From assembly GCA_008632985.1 (NCBI GenBank), contig QPGO01000044.1, positions 372,001-436,000 on the forward strand: 64,000 nucleotides of DNA, written 5' to 3'. Shown here piece after piece: positions 13,077-25,200 of this stretch. The stretch comes from Psammoneis japonica (Eukaryota). How positions within the stretch are numbered: position 1 is the stretch's first letter; the number at the start of each line of letters is the position of its first letter. The position numbers were made by a program, and so were the translations under genes. The notes under the pieces were generated by a model. The model worked only from the letters and a program-made list of their open reading frames with translations, did no database searches and was not told where the DNA came from.

Positions 13077-13435
13077 AGAAAAAAATCAAGAAAATTGTTG
13101 GGATTCACACTCTAGAGAGGGCGGGCGAACACTTACATAGCATAGACACTGTACATACAAGCGTGTTCTTCAGACTGGTATCGGGCTTTGGCGGTTGGTC
13201 ATTTTGTGCTTTACGACTTCTGAATCAATGCCATACCCACCACTCTCTGAGTATGGAAAAAATATAATGCAGTACTCGCTCTAGTACAGAAAGTACTATG
13301 TTAACATATCGACAACGACTAACCACAAACTTTGTTTTTATGTTGACCACTAAATCGAACAAGTGACATGAGGACACACAAAACCTAAAATGTCAAATCC
13401 AATCACATCACACTTCACACTTCACTTCTCTCTCT

Positions 13436-14454
13436 CTAAATACTCTTGAATCCAAAGCATCCATACAAGAATTCAATCGTCAAGAGCTGAAGGGTCGCCT
13501 GAGGAGCGAATCGAGCCCAAATGGGAATAAAGCCACGCCACAAGGACGCCACTCCATCTCCCTTGACCGTCTTGACGAGACAATCGGTAAATCCATTATA
13601 GATCTTCTGGTCCGTCGGCTGATTCATGAGTTTGGTACTATATAAAAACAAAGAAAAGAAGCAACGCAGAAAATTAGCAATCGCGCAACATAGCAGATGC
13701 GGTACGTATTCTTGTTTTCTCTCTCTGTTCTTACCGCAAATTATCCCACGGAGCGACCGTGCACGTCATGAAGAATCCGGCAATAAAGGCACTACCAAAC
13801 GCGGTGCGAGGGTCCTTGCGGGACCATCCCGTCGCTTCGGTCACATATCCCTTGGACATGTCGTAGCAACCCATTTTGGTAGCATTCAAGACACAGGCAC
13901 GTGCGACGTTGACTTGAACGCCACGATAAAACCCTGCAATGCCTGATCGGCATACATGCGTCCCACCAACGTGGAGAGTGGCACGGCGGCTTCCTTGTTG
14001 GTTTGAGCCAAGGTCTTCATGACATCAAAGGGATTGCCACGACGGAACCCACACCACCCGTAATGGCTCCCGCCAAGAATTTGAGATAAAAGGGTGCATC
14101 CTTGCCGGCACCGAGCGCATCACGGACCGGAGCATAGGCACCGAGCTTGATGGACGTGTACGACAACTCGCGGCCATAGGCAAAGGCAATGCCCTTCCAA
14201 AAAGCGCCAATACCCTCTTGGGTGTAAAGTGACGACACGGTGGTGCCAATGCCGGCTCCCGACACTTGCATGCGAGTCTTGACTGTTTCCTATCATAAAA
14301 GATTTTTAGAAAAAAATGAGAATCTTTTTTTTTAGAAAAAAGATACGAAGATTCTTCAACTTACAATGGGATGAGTAAAGTTTACAGCAAATACTGCCGC
14401 GGATCCACCAAGGAACATGGACTCCAAGAGTTTGGGTTTGCGTGCTTCCGCCAT
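13436..14454 (-). CDS. Mitochondrial carrier (SLC25; dicarboxylate/oxoglutarate/UCP-like); exons about 14454-14365, 14289-13735, 13637-13436; 1-nt frameshift near 14040
   Basis: Three Px[DE]xx[KR]xx signatures ([31 protein letters not shown]); [14 protein letters not shown]; canonical introns. Confidence 0.92.
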
Positions 14455-15059
14455 GGTGTACACAAGAACAGAATTCGTTTATTGGCACAGCCGCAATCCG
14501 CAATGAGAAGGAAGAAGGAAAGATCTTGTTGGTTGGTCGATCGTCGCGTCGGCGTGTCTTTTTCTGCCGGTCGCGAAGAGGCACACAACCAGATTTTGCG
14601 GGAAGTTGGTATTAGAATAATCATTCTTGAAGATTAAAAATATATGTGCAGCGATTGGTGCATTCTCAGAGTCCTACATACAAGTGACGTATGTGGCAAG
14701 GTACGAAGCTTTCCATATTCACCTAGGGGCCCTACGGTAACACGTCGCGCCGCTCTCGTGATGATTTTGATGATTCGCGAATTCGCGATCGTTTGGACCA
14801 AAAAGTATCTTCTGGTCTCTTGCTGAGACCCAACTACACTACTTCTACAACAAGCAACAAGGTGAGTTCTTTCTTCATCTTGCTTCTGAGCACCTGCATG
14901 GCAGGGACGGTGAACGGTGACGCTACCAGCTGGTCCTCGCTGGAGCCCATTCCTTTCGACAACGCTTGTCTAGAAAGGACAAGCCATCCTGATCTTCTCT
15001 TGTTTTGTTGTGTCGAAACTCTCCCACTCTCTTCTCGCCATGTTCTGGGGTGGCAACCT

Positions 15060-16900
15060 CCTGAACCTGTGGGGGAGGCACCGCTCTTAAGAAACGAGAG
15101 AGGGCGAGAGGACCGCCCTTGAAGAGCGACGATGAAGATGCCAAACAGCGCAAAAAGGAACACGCAGCAATTGAGAAACTAGAAGATGCTGGAGACTTCC
15201 TTGATTATTATCAAAGCAAAATCGAAGGTCATCTAAAAAAAATCGATGACTACCTAGGAGTGGAAAAAGGCCTTAAAGCTTGGCTCTTTGGAGAGAAATG
15301 CTTTTTTTTCAGGAAACAACGTATTCGAGATTGGGCAGAGACTATGGAACTGGCTGAGATTGCCGGAGATGCCAACTATCACGGCTACGACGAGGCTAGA
15401 AAGGTGGATACCGCTCGAATTGGCTGCCTTGTTTTTGTGAAACGGGTGTGTACCGTTGCGGAAAAAGATGCGGTGGATGAAGGAAGAGAAGTGTCCTACA
15501 AGGATTTTTTTGGTACCCAAGAGTTGCAGACGATTCTTGAGACGATTCTTCCAATGGACAAGGCCAACGCCTTGTTCAAAATGGAAAACGCACTCTGGTA
15601 CTCTTCGGGCTTCATTGGCGAGAAATCGAAGCTCACACAGGACAAACAATCTAATCAATTCATTGGCAAGAAGTCGAAGCTCAAGCAGGACAAGAAATCT
15701 AATCAAACTATTGAATTGAAGAATATCAAAAAGTGGAGAGAGATACGGAATAAGTACCCCAGCAAAAAACCGGAGAAAGATGGAGCAATTAGCGGCAAAG
15801 TCTTCCGTTTGGTCTTCCATCCCACCGAAGGGTTCGACCACCTCAAGTGCTGGCTTCGACCCACCGTGCCTCCGTACTTCCCAGATAACGACCTGCACTG
15901 GCGAAAATTGGCTAGATTTTTTCTGGCGAGATTTGCTGCATTGGATTTCATCCGTCATCACTGTCCTATGGCTACTCGCACTCCTCCTTCTTCCAGCAAT
16001 CATGGACTTAATCTGCAAACTTGGCGTTAAGGATAGTGCGTCCGCTCGATCCCCGACCCTTTCTTCTACAATGTCAGAAGCGTCAAGCTCTACCACAGAT
16101 GATCAAGATAGAAGATGTGGCCATGGGTGTACGTCACCATGTGCCTGTCTGGAAGCAATCAAGACCGGTGTACTCCTGTTCTCGCTGGCACTAGTTCGAC
16201 TGAATTGGATGATCCGAAAAGCCTTTCTTCACTTTTCCGGTGGTCCAGTCGTAATGCTCGGTGTAGCATTTCTGTTGGCGAGGGTTATCGACTCTTGCTC
16301 CAGAGTCGAGTTCAAGGCATTGTCCTTTTCGTTTTTTCAATTATGTGGTGTATTCTTTCTCATACGCAACACACAATTTGTTATCATTGACCCTTCCGAC
16401 CTCTGTTCCTATCTCGCAAGCATCTCCAGGGCCGTTTTTAGAGATATCTTAAAGCAAGATTTTTCTGATGTTGCATATGCAAGTTGCGGCGCCTTGCTGA
16501 CATTGATCATTCTATACTTCACGGGAAATTTAAAAAGGGGAGGACGATTGGTTGAAGATCCGGATGGTTGTAGCATGGGTTTCGTTTACGGGGGCAGACT
16601 GGCCATCTTTTGTCCCACCAACGGTGCAAGATCTGTTTGCTATATTAATCTTTCTTTTTTGGACGGCATGCTTGATATACGCAGGATGGTGGTTCATTCG
16701 TGACCTCCTTCTTGAGGTATGGGACTTCTATCGCTTTCCACAGCCGAAGGTGCCCGTAGTTACGGGAAAAAAGGACCAGTAGCCAGTAGGCGGATTGGAG
16801 CCGCAGAGCTCAACATCAAGCGTTTTGCAACAATAATTAGTGTAAAATTCATCCTTTATAGTTTATGGTTAGCATCTTTCGATGACATGACACTCTTCAC
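15060..16900 (+). pseudogene. Partial paralog 1 of the C-terminal half of the TIR-MYND gene (lacks TIR and MYND); frameshifted
   Basis: ORFs 15119-16030, 15780-16703 and 16552-16782 align consecutively to 36530-38275; carries a private 48-bp tandem duplication at 15611-15706. Confidence 0.85.
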
Positions 16901-17039
16901 ATGAGTGGCTTGTTGCACGCCTCTGCGGTTCTTTGCTTTCCCCCCCCGCACAGCAACTTGTGTGTGGTCTTTGGTATTTTGCACAACCTCAAGAACCTAT
17001 TGAGGACAACGTTTCTGCCTTCCGGCGACGACGTTGCCA

Positions 17040-18280
17040 AGCAGGGCAACGTTCTTAAGGATCGGGAGAGGGCGAGAGGATCACACGAGGAGGGCGACGA
17101 TGAATATACCACCGTGCGCAAAGCGAAATACAAAGAAATTCACAATTTAAATGATGCAGGAGACTTCGGTATCATCGCAAAAAATCAGAGGTCATATCAA
17201 AACAATCAATGACTACCTTAAGAGTCGAAAAAGGCTTAAAAGCTAGGCCTAGTTTCTTAGGAGAAGATTGCGTTTTTGCCAGGAAACAACGTATTCGAGA
17301 TTGGGCAGAGGTTTATGAAACAGACTCACATTGCCAAAGTTGCCAACTATCCCGGCTACGACGAGGCAAGAAAGGTCGATACCGCTCGAATTGTCTGCCT
17401 TCTTTTTGTGAACGGGTGTGCACTGTGGCGGAAGAAAAGGCGGTGGCTGACGGAACAGCAGTGTCCTACGAGGAGCTTATTGGTACCCCAGAGTTGCAAA
17501 CAATTCTTGACATGAATCTTCCACAAAATGGACAACTGGACGAGCAATCTGATCCATGTATTGAATTGCAAAAAACAAATAAATGGAGAGAGATACAGAG
17601 AAAGTACCCCAGCGAAATACAGGAGAAGTATGGAGCAATCAGCGGCAAGGTCTTTCTTTTGGTCTTCTACTATACCCCACCGAAGGCTTCGACCACCTCA
17701 AGTTCTGGCTTCGACCCACCGTGCCTCCAGACTTCACGCCCGATTACGACCTGCGCTGGCGAGATTGTCAGCATTGGTTGTCGTCCCTTATCTCTCTCCT
17801 CTGTGGCTATTTGCACTCCTCCTTCTTCCAGCAATCATGGACATATCCTGCAGACTATGGCAGTAAGGGCGGTGTGTTCGCTCGGTCCTCGACGCTTTCT
17901 CCCACAAAATTGCAGAAGCGTCAAGCCCTACCACAGATGATCAAGATAGAAAATGTGGCCATGGGTGTACGTCGCCATGTGCCTGTCTAAAAGCAATCAA
18001 GACCTGTGTGCCCCTACATTCTCACTGGCATGAACTCGACTGAATTGGATGATCCGAAAAGCCTTTGTTCACTTTTCCACTGGTCCACTCGTAATGCTTT
18101 TCGTTGCATTTCTGTTTTGTGATCGTTATCGACTCTTGCTCTGAAGTCAAGTTCAAGGCATTGTCCTGTTCGTTTTCCAATTATGTGGGGTTGGCTTTCT
18201 CATGAGCAACACAAAATTTGTTGTCTTGCCGACCTCAGCGGTTACCTCGCAAGCATCATCAGGGCCGTTTGTTGGGAGAT
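17040..18280 (+). pseudogene. Partial paralog 2 of the same C-terminal module; many frameshifts
   Basis: RKQRIRDWAE, YDEARKVDTARI, PTEGFDHLKFWLRPTVPPDF scattered over three frames. Confidence 0.88.
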
Positions 18281-18552
18281 GTTTCAGCTCTCTAGAGATT
18301 CCGCACGTCGTTCTGACAGCATTCTTATTCCCATCCAGGGGTGGATGTCATCTACAAGAGGTGAGGAACGACTAATATGGAAAAAAATTATTTGTTATCG
18401 ATGTCATTAACAGTAAAGTAATGTAGTCATGTAAATAAAGCGGCATTACGTCTCTTCTTGCCGATCCGTCCTTGAGCAGTTGTTCTCGCTGTCATCATGT
18501 AAGCACAAGTAAATGAATGAATTCCATCATTCTCAGGGGGTGTCACGTCTAA

Positions 18553-19326
18553 CTAAATGGGACACTCGAATCTGGCAAAGCCGTTGACTTCCACAGATCC
18601 TGCTCCTTCGTGGGTAGTACACTCAGCAACGTCACCGTTCATGGAGAGAGTAATACAAGTAATGCCGGCTCCGGCTCTTGGTTCATGAATAACAATGTTG
18701 CCACCTTCAGGAACAAGAAACTCGCAGTAAATTTTCTGCGTATTCGTCGCTTCTTCGTCCACAACAATGGAGGTTGCGGGATCCCCATTTTCATTAACGA
18801 AATCTCCATCAATTTGATCCACGTTGAACACTGGCGATTCGATGGAGCTCGTTGGAGTAAATACCAATCCATAACCAGCCTTACATAGACCACCACCACC
18901 ATCCGAACTATCCGGATTTGTACTCATAATGAGGTCGGCCGTAGTATATGGGATCCTTGCGCGCACCTCAGTATTTGTTGGGTCGGTTGGGTCGGTTGGG
19001 TCACCGCGGTACTCGACTTGGCCAGAGATGAGGCTACCACCAACAAAGGGATTACCGTTTCCGCCACCCGGCACAAGCTCCCTCCTGTCATCACCATCAC
19101 CACCAATGAGAAGGTCATCACCGCGGCCTCCAAGGTTCAAGATTCGGGCGTCGTTGTTAACGGTAGCAACAACGATTTTCTCTCCAGCCCCGCTCAAACG
19201 AAGAATGTCACCGCCGCTTGTAATGATTGTATCGAAACCAAAACTTTCGCCACAGCAGCACTTGGCTGCATCAGCGCTTTGAAGCAAAAGAAGAGAAAAA
19301 GCAGCAAGAGAGGTACGTAGAAGCAT
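18553..19326 (-). CDS. Predicted secreted protein of unknown function with a short RTX-like Gly/Asp motif
   Basis: Intact ORF; signal peptide MLLRTSLAAFSLLLLQSADA; GGRGDDLLIGGDGDD; PTDPTDPT. Confidence 0.75.
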   Translation of the reverse strand: MLLRTSLAAFSLLLLQSADAAKCCCGESFGFDTIITSGGDILRLSGAGEKIVVATVNNDARILNLGGRGDDLLIGGDGDDRRELVPGGGNGNPFVGGSLISGQVEYRGDPTDPTDPTNTEVRARIPYTTADLIMSTNPDSSDGGGGLCKAGYGLVFTPTSSIESPVFNVDQIDGDFVNENGDPATSIVVDEEATNTQKIYCEFLVPEGGNIVIHEPRAGAGITCITLSMNGDVAECTTHEGAGSVEVNGFARFECPI

Positions 19327-19778
19327 GATAAGTGTGCTTTTGCAGCAGAAGATGACGTGATTGAAAGGTGTCAACGATCAAAAGAACGCGTTTTGATTGT
19401 CATCAGCAGCTTCGCGCTTATGTAGCTCTCTCGATGAAAAAAGATCCCGCGATTGCGATTTCTGTTGGTCAACATACCAGTTCCTACGGTACGTCGTATC
19501 ATAGAAGAAGCATTGTCTATCGCGCGCAACCGTTCGAGCGACTTTTTTCGCGCAGCTCACGCATGTCGCTGCGATTTTTTTTTTCGTCGCAATTTTGACA
19601 ACCAAGGGCGAATTCTGCCTCCATGGCGGTCATTTGCCGTCTTTTGTCATAATGCGGCCTACTTTTCGCTCCATCAAAGGCTTTCATCATTTTTCATGTT
19701 GTTTTGAAGGGGCGACACTGTGGCCGGCATTTCTTCGCATGTGCCGTCACCGCCTTGGTTGGGACTGACTGTCCCAAA

Positions 19779-20800
19779 ATGCATGTGTGTCGAAACGGCG
19801 CACCCTGCGATGTCCTGAAAAAGACAGAATTGGTGGAGAAGTGCAAGGAGCTGTGTGACCGCAATGATGACAGATTGCAGCCGTCCTGGGTGGAGCTTGG
19901 ATGAGCAGTGAAAGTCAGTGACAAGTGGGCCAAGAAGGTCATCATGCATGGAGCTTCGCAGCGAAGAGGGGCTCGTTGACCCTTGCTGTCAAAAGCCTTT
20001 GAGACACATGGGGGCAGGAGCACTGACACTCAACCAGGACAAGGCTTTTTGCTTGATTGTGCTTTGTTGCAAGAACCCTTCCCGAGTGCTGAGAAGCCAC
20101 CAGACGGAACTCTCTTTGTTGCACTGGAACACTTGCATCACAAAGCACAGCATCTCTCGTGTTGCACTGTGGCTTTCCACATTGGCAAGGGAACTGGGCT
20201 TGGTTGATTGATGAGTTCAGACCCAACAATGTTGAAAGAGCCATTGAACATCTTTGAGCAATTGTGCAACTTGACCACCGGCGTGTCAAGTTTGCTGATG
20301 AAAAATCTCTCAAAGGAACAGAGCTCTTCAACCAAAAAGTCCAGCATGATCCACTCAATGGAGAAACGCCATCCATTGTGACAGACTCTGACTTTTGCAA
20401 TGTTTGCAACATTGTTGGTTTCTGCAGTGTTGACCAGTCTGCCAACCCATTCTTTTTCTGTCCAAATCAAGATGCAAATGATTCTGTGGACTTTTCCATT
20501 GCTGTTGAAAAGGCCATTGTGTGTCAGGCTTTCTGCAGCCATGTGATGTGCTTGTTTGTGACAATGCATGGATCCATGTTGCTGGTGACAATGACACCAT
20601 GGATGAATGGCTGTGGACAACTTTTGAGTTGGTCTGGTGTTCCTCCCCCACCCCAAGCCCCTGAGATGAACCCAACTGAGCCGCTGTGTGGAACCATCTT
20701 GTGCATTGCCTTTTGTCTGCCAGTTTGGATGACCGCCTTCTCTGGGGTGAGGATCAAGTGGCCCACGCACCACAGCCATCACACAGGCATTCACACACAC
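19779..20800 (+). mobile_element. Degenerate Tc1/IS630-like DDE transposase
   Basis: VKFADEK (first D, about 20297), DNAWIH from DNARIH (about 20560), MDEWLW, APEMNPTE (SPELNPIE-like, E at about 20678); stops and frameshifts; terminal inverted repeats not found. Confidence 0.8.
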
Positions 20801-21049
20801 AGATGTGGAGTCTGCATGCTGCCACTGTGGCCACCTGGTCTAGATTGCAAGAGGTGGAACTTGCGCAAGCTGTGGATTTGGACTGTCATGTTGTGGTGTG
20901 GTGTGCAGAACAGTGCAGTGTAGAATGGAGCACATTGTTCATCACGCTGTGCCAGGGCTGCACAAATTGAGTTGCACATGTGGCTGCCTTGCAGCACCTG
21001 CAAGACAAATCCTTGTGTCAGTGCAATGCAGTGCATTGCGTTGGGCGGC

Positions 21050-21170
21050 GCTCTGCTCTCTGGAGCTGGAGAGTTGCTCTGCTCCAGACTGGCAGCTGGC
21101 AGATGCCACCACTCAGTGGTGCTTTGCTCTAGACTGGCAGCCAGCAGCCACTGCCACTGGCAGTGGTGGT
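21050..21170 (+). repeat. Short imperfect tandem repeat, about 50-bp period
   Basis: gctctgctccagactggcagc at about 21076 and gctttgctctagactggcagc at about 21121. Confidence 0.6.
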
Positions 21171-21659
21171 CTAAACAAATGCCAGAGCAATGGTGGTTGC
21201 CTGTCAATGATTTTACAATGGCAAGTGCTGGGCTGTTGTTGGCTGCCACCAAAAAAGAAATGCAGCTCAGTTGAAAGAGACAAGCTGACATGCTTGACTT
21301 GAAATGCTGAAGCAGAAGAATTCAATGAAGTGCACACTTGTGCAACAGTGCCATCACACACTGAGTCCCCACAAGCAGGGACAGCAATGAGCTGTGCCAG
21401 CAAGACTGGCTGTTTGGGTGAGTCTGACAGAGTGGACGACCATTCTGTCAAATCTGCCAAGACATGATCCAAGGGGGTCAAAGCATCCAAAGCTCCATCT
21501 TGGGGAGTGACATGCCCAGCCATTGTTTGGTCTGCAGAGACACAAGGCACCTCAGCATTGGTCTGTTGGGATGATGGCGCAGGAGCAGAAGCCAATTGAG
21601 CAGGCAAAGAAGTTGGAGGAGGAGGAGGAGCATTTGCATGCTCCAATGCCTGCTGCAGC

Positions 21660-22215
21660 TTTTCCCATGCCACATCACCTGTTGTGGAGTTGTGACAGAA
21701 GGGCTTGCCACTGGCTGCTTTGGTGGCACAGGTGGCTTGGCATTGGAGCTGGCCAAGGCACTTGCAGTGGAGGAGTTGTGGTTGGAGCTGGACCGGGATC
21801 AATCCAACTGCTTTTCCCGGTGGCATCACTGCAGGAACACAACTTGCCACTTTCATGATCATGACATTGCCCCCAATCTTGGGCAGCATGGACATGAGGC
21901 ACCATGGGGCTGGACAACATGTTGCATCTTTTCCCAGCTTGCCACTCCCATCACAGTGGTGCTGACACAGAATGTCCTGTTGCTGGCAGTGTCACAGTGT
22001 CACTCCAGCTTTGAGGGGTTGCTTTTGGAATGGAGGTGGAGGTGCAGTTGGAAGCACAGTTGCAGGCATGGCCAGAGGCACAGTCAGAGGCAGGGGCTGC
22101 ACCAGCAGTGGCTTGTCCCACCTTGCTTCCCCAGTTGTGGTGTTGCAATGATGCAGTTTGTTGCAGGTGCTGTCATCTGTCATGTGTGCTGCTCTCCAGC
22201 CCTGGGGAAGCTTGT
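21660..22215 (-). pseudogene. Fossil gene segment with two WW domains and Pro-rich linkers
   Basis: LPQGWRAAH..NKLHHCNTTTGEARWDKP (about 22110-22212) and SGKPFCHNSTTGDVAWEK (about 21660-21740) match the WW consensus LPxGW..GrxYYxNxxTxxxxWexP with Tyr replaced by His/Cys. Confidence 0.85.
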
Positions 22216-25200
22216 CTGGTGATGGAGGTGGTGGTGGCAAACCAACACCAGTGGCAGAGATTGAGCTGCTGCACGCATTGATGGAATCCCAAAAGCCAGC
22301 AACCTTGCTGCAACCACTGCCCAGTGTTTGCTGTCAAATGATTGTGGAGCAAGGCAGCCAATGGGAGTTGGAGCAATGGCAGTGCTTGTGGCACACCGTG
22401 CACAACACTCAAAATGAAACAAGATGAGACAAGATGAGATGAGACAACACCAACTTGCCATGCCTTCCATCAACCACCATGAGAGTCAACAGGGACACCC
22501 CAGCCACAGCCTTGGTTGTGTTGTTGAGATGTGAGAGCACCTGTGTGAATGTTCTTGGTGGCACATTTTGACTCTGCTGCTTCTTGTTTCAGCTGTGCTC
22601 TGTTCTCTGCTGCTTGCTCTCACAGCTGAGCTCTGCTTTCCTGGAGAGCAAGTTTGTTTTGGAGCCATTGGTTCTTCTTTCCATCTTTGCACATTCAACT
22701 GAAGCTTTGTCTGATGCTGCTTTCTCCTGGAGCTTTTTCAAGGCCAGACACTTGCTTGCAAAGCTTGTTGACTTCCAGTGCATCTTTCTCTTCTTGCATT
22801 CCACCATCAAAGATTTGAGGCTGTTGGTGGTGATCTTCTTGGATTGCAAGGAGGTGTCCTTGCGATTGATGTCATGCTGCAATCTGTTGATCCCAGACTT
22901 TGCAGTGTCAAGTTGCTTTGATGACTTCTCTGAAATTCTTTGCAGTGGAGTGCACGGTTGCTTTTTCCAATGGTGTTGTGACGTCAAGAGCCACAACAAC
23001 CAACAGTGTGCCATGTCTTGTCAGCTCATGTGCGGCAGAGTTGACACGTGACAGCGCAACGGGCTTGTTGTTCACTTGTGCGGTCAAAAAGCAATTGACA
23101 AAAAATGAACATTTCAGCTGTTTTTGCTGCAATCAATCAACATCAAAGCACACCAAGCACATCCACATGAAATTGGTTGCATGCTGTCAACACATGTCAG
23201 TGTCATGGTGAGCTCATGGCTGTTGATGGAACACTGCATTTGTGGTTGCCATTGTTGTTGTGCTTTGACAAGTCATGGAAAATTTGAAATGTCCATTGTT
23301 TGTGTTGCAAGAAATGCAAAACACAATGCAGGTTCTTTGCATTGTGCAACAAGTCCACATGTTTTGAGCACAAGCGGCTGTCACATTGTGCAACTTGACA
23401 AAATGACAATGTGTTGGCATTGATTGCCAAACACAGTGCTCACCAAGATCCATCTACAAACACTGGGCTTGCTGGCACTTGGATGGGCCGGCTCCACTGC
23501 ATCATTTGGCAAGGACAGTCCATTGGATGGCTGCCTCAAGAGGCAACAGAAGCTTGTGGCAGCTCTTTTTTTGTGTCCCCAAACAATGCACCCGTTGAGA
23601 AATGCCTTTTTGATGGTGTTGACTTTGGAAGCAATCCATGGGGTGTGTTTTCAGCAAGACAATCACCTTCATTCCTGGGAAGCGGGTGGTGCGGAGAACG
23701 TTGCACAAGTCTTGCACTTTGGACTTGCCAACGCAGAAAAGGAAAACTTTGAGACCAAGCTGAAAGCTGTCATTGGAAGCTGCAGGTCCATGGCCTTGGC
23801 ACAATGACCAAGAGGTTGCTTGAGTTCTGGCTTCAGCAGAGCAACTGTCCAGACCCACTCTGAAAAAATGGGTTTGCTGTTCTGCCTGTCATTTGCAGCA
23901 ATGCAATTTCACAAGCCACGTGAGATGATGGAAAAGGCACATGAACAACAGAAGAAGAAGTGCAAAACATTTCCCTCTGCCGCAAAACTGGTCTCTCTTT
24001 GCAAAAAACCAAAGGCAAGCAAGAACAAAAATCTTGCATGGGCAATGATTGTCAAAAATCATGTTCTCAGGATGGCAGCGGCTCAAATCTTTTGGTGGAC
24101 CAAGAGGTCCCTTGCACAACAAAGAGATCTCCTCACAGGCACAATTTGTGGCAGTGACGCACTTCAGCATCATTGTCTTCAATGGTCGTAACATCAGATG
24201 CTTGTCAAAACATTTGCCTGCACATTGGTGGCTGTTGGCAAGGAACTTGACCAAAACAATGTTCCCCAACTTGTCTGGGATGAAACAACAGAGGGCTCCG
24301 GTCTTGGTGCATCCACCACAACAAACAAAGTTTTGACAGTCTGGATGAATCTTTACACCGTCCAGCACAATCTCAGCTGGGACAGTGCCAAGCTCATTCC
24401 TCGCCACTTTGCAACCAAGAACCAAGCCCAGTGTTGAGCACTGTCCTGCACACTGCAGTGTGTGCGGTGTCATCACAGGGGTGAGGATTGCCAAAGCACT
24501 CCATCTCTGGCTCATCATGGCGAACATCTGCATGGAACCACAGATGTCCACAAGCACAGACTTGATCTGATTGCGGGTGACAAGGTTTGTTTCTTTCTCA
24601 AAAATTCAAAAACTGACTTGTCATTTTGGGACTTGCTCCCTGTTCTCAAGCACTTTGTGCAACTAACCACAGGCACCAAAATCAATCCCATTCCTTTTCT
24701 CTGGCTGCTTGGACCAACAATTGTCACTTTGCTTGTTGCACTTGTCATTCTCACAAAGGGCAATGGAGCAGCTGTGTTCAAATGCAAAATGAGCAATCAT
24801 GCCAACATCAACTTGGAGAGATCCAAAGTGTTTCCACCAAAGATGTGAGGAAGAGCACAAAATGGCGGCATCATCCTGGATGTGTTGAGCCCTTGGGGGA
24901 CAACCACCAGCTCCTGATCATGAGTTGCAGCAGAAGGAAGTGGTTGCATTTTCTCAAAGGAACAAAGATGATGGCACAGATTGTCAAGCAGGTGACAGTC
25001 AGCTGGAGAATGATGCAAGTTTGGCTCATGATTGGTGGATTGCTCGTTGTCCTCATCATTGTTGTCCAGATCATAAAAACCACAAATGCAAGGAGCACAT
25101 CTCAAGACATCAGCAGGTGATGCAAAGCTGCAACAATGACCACAGGGGAACCAATCATGGATTGACAAGGAAGTTTTGTGGAGCTTGCTGATGTGCTGGC

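Noticed and set aside
15254..16096. 280-aa minus-strand ORF (also 41987-42634 + and 9137-9883 +)
   Set aside because: Antisense shadows of coding or coding-like sequence on the opposite strand
19485..19520. Left terminal inverted repeat of the Tc1-like element (ta-cggtacgtcg...)
   Set aside because: No matching right-hand repeat found
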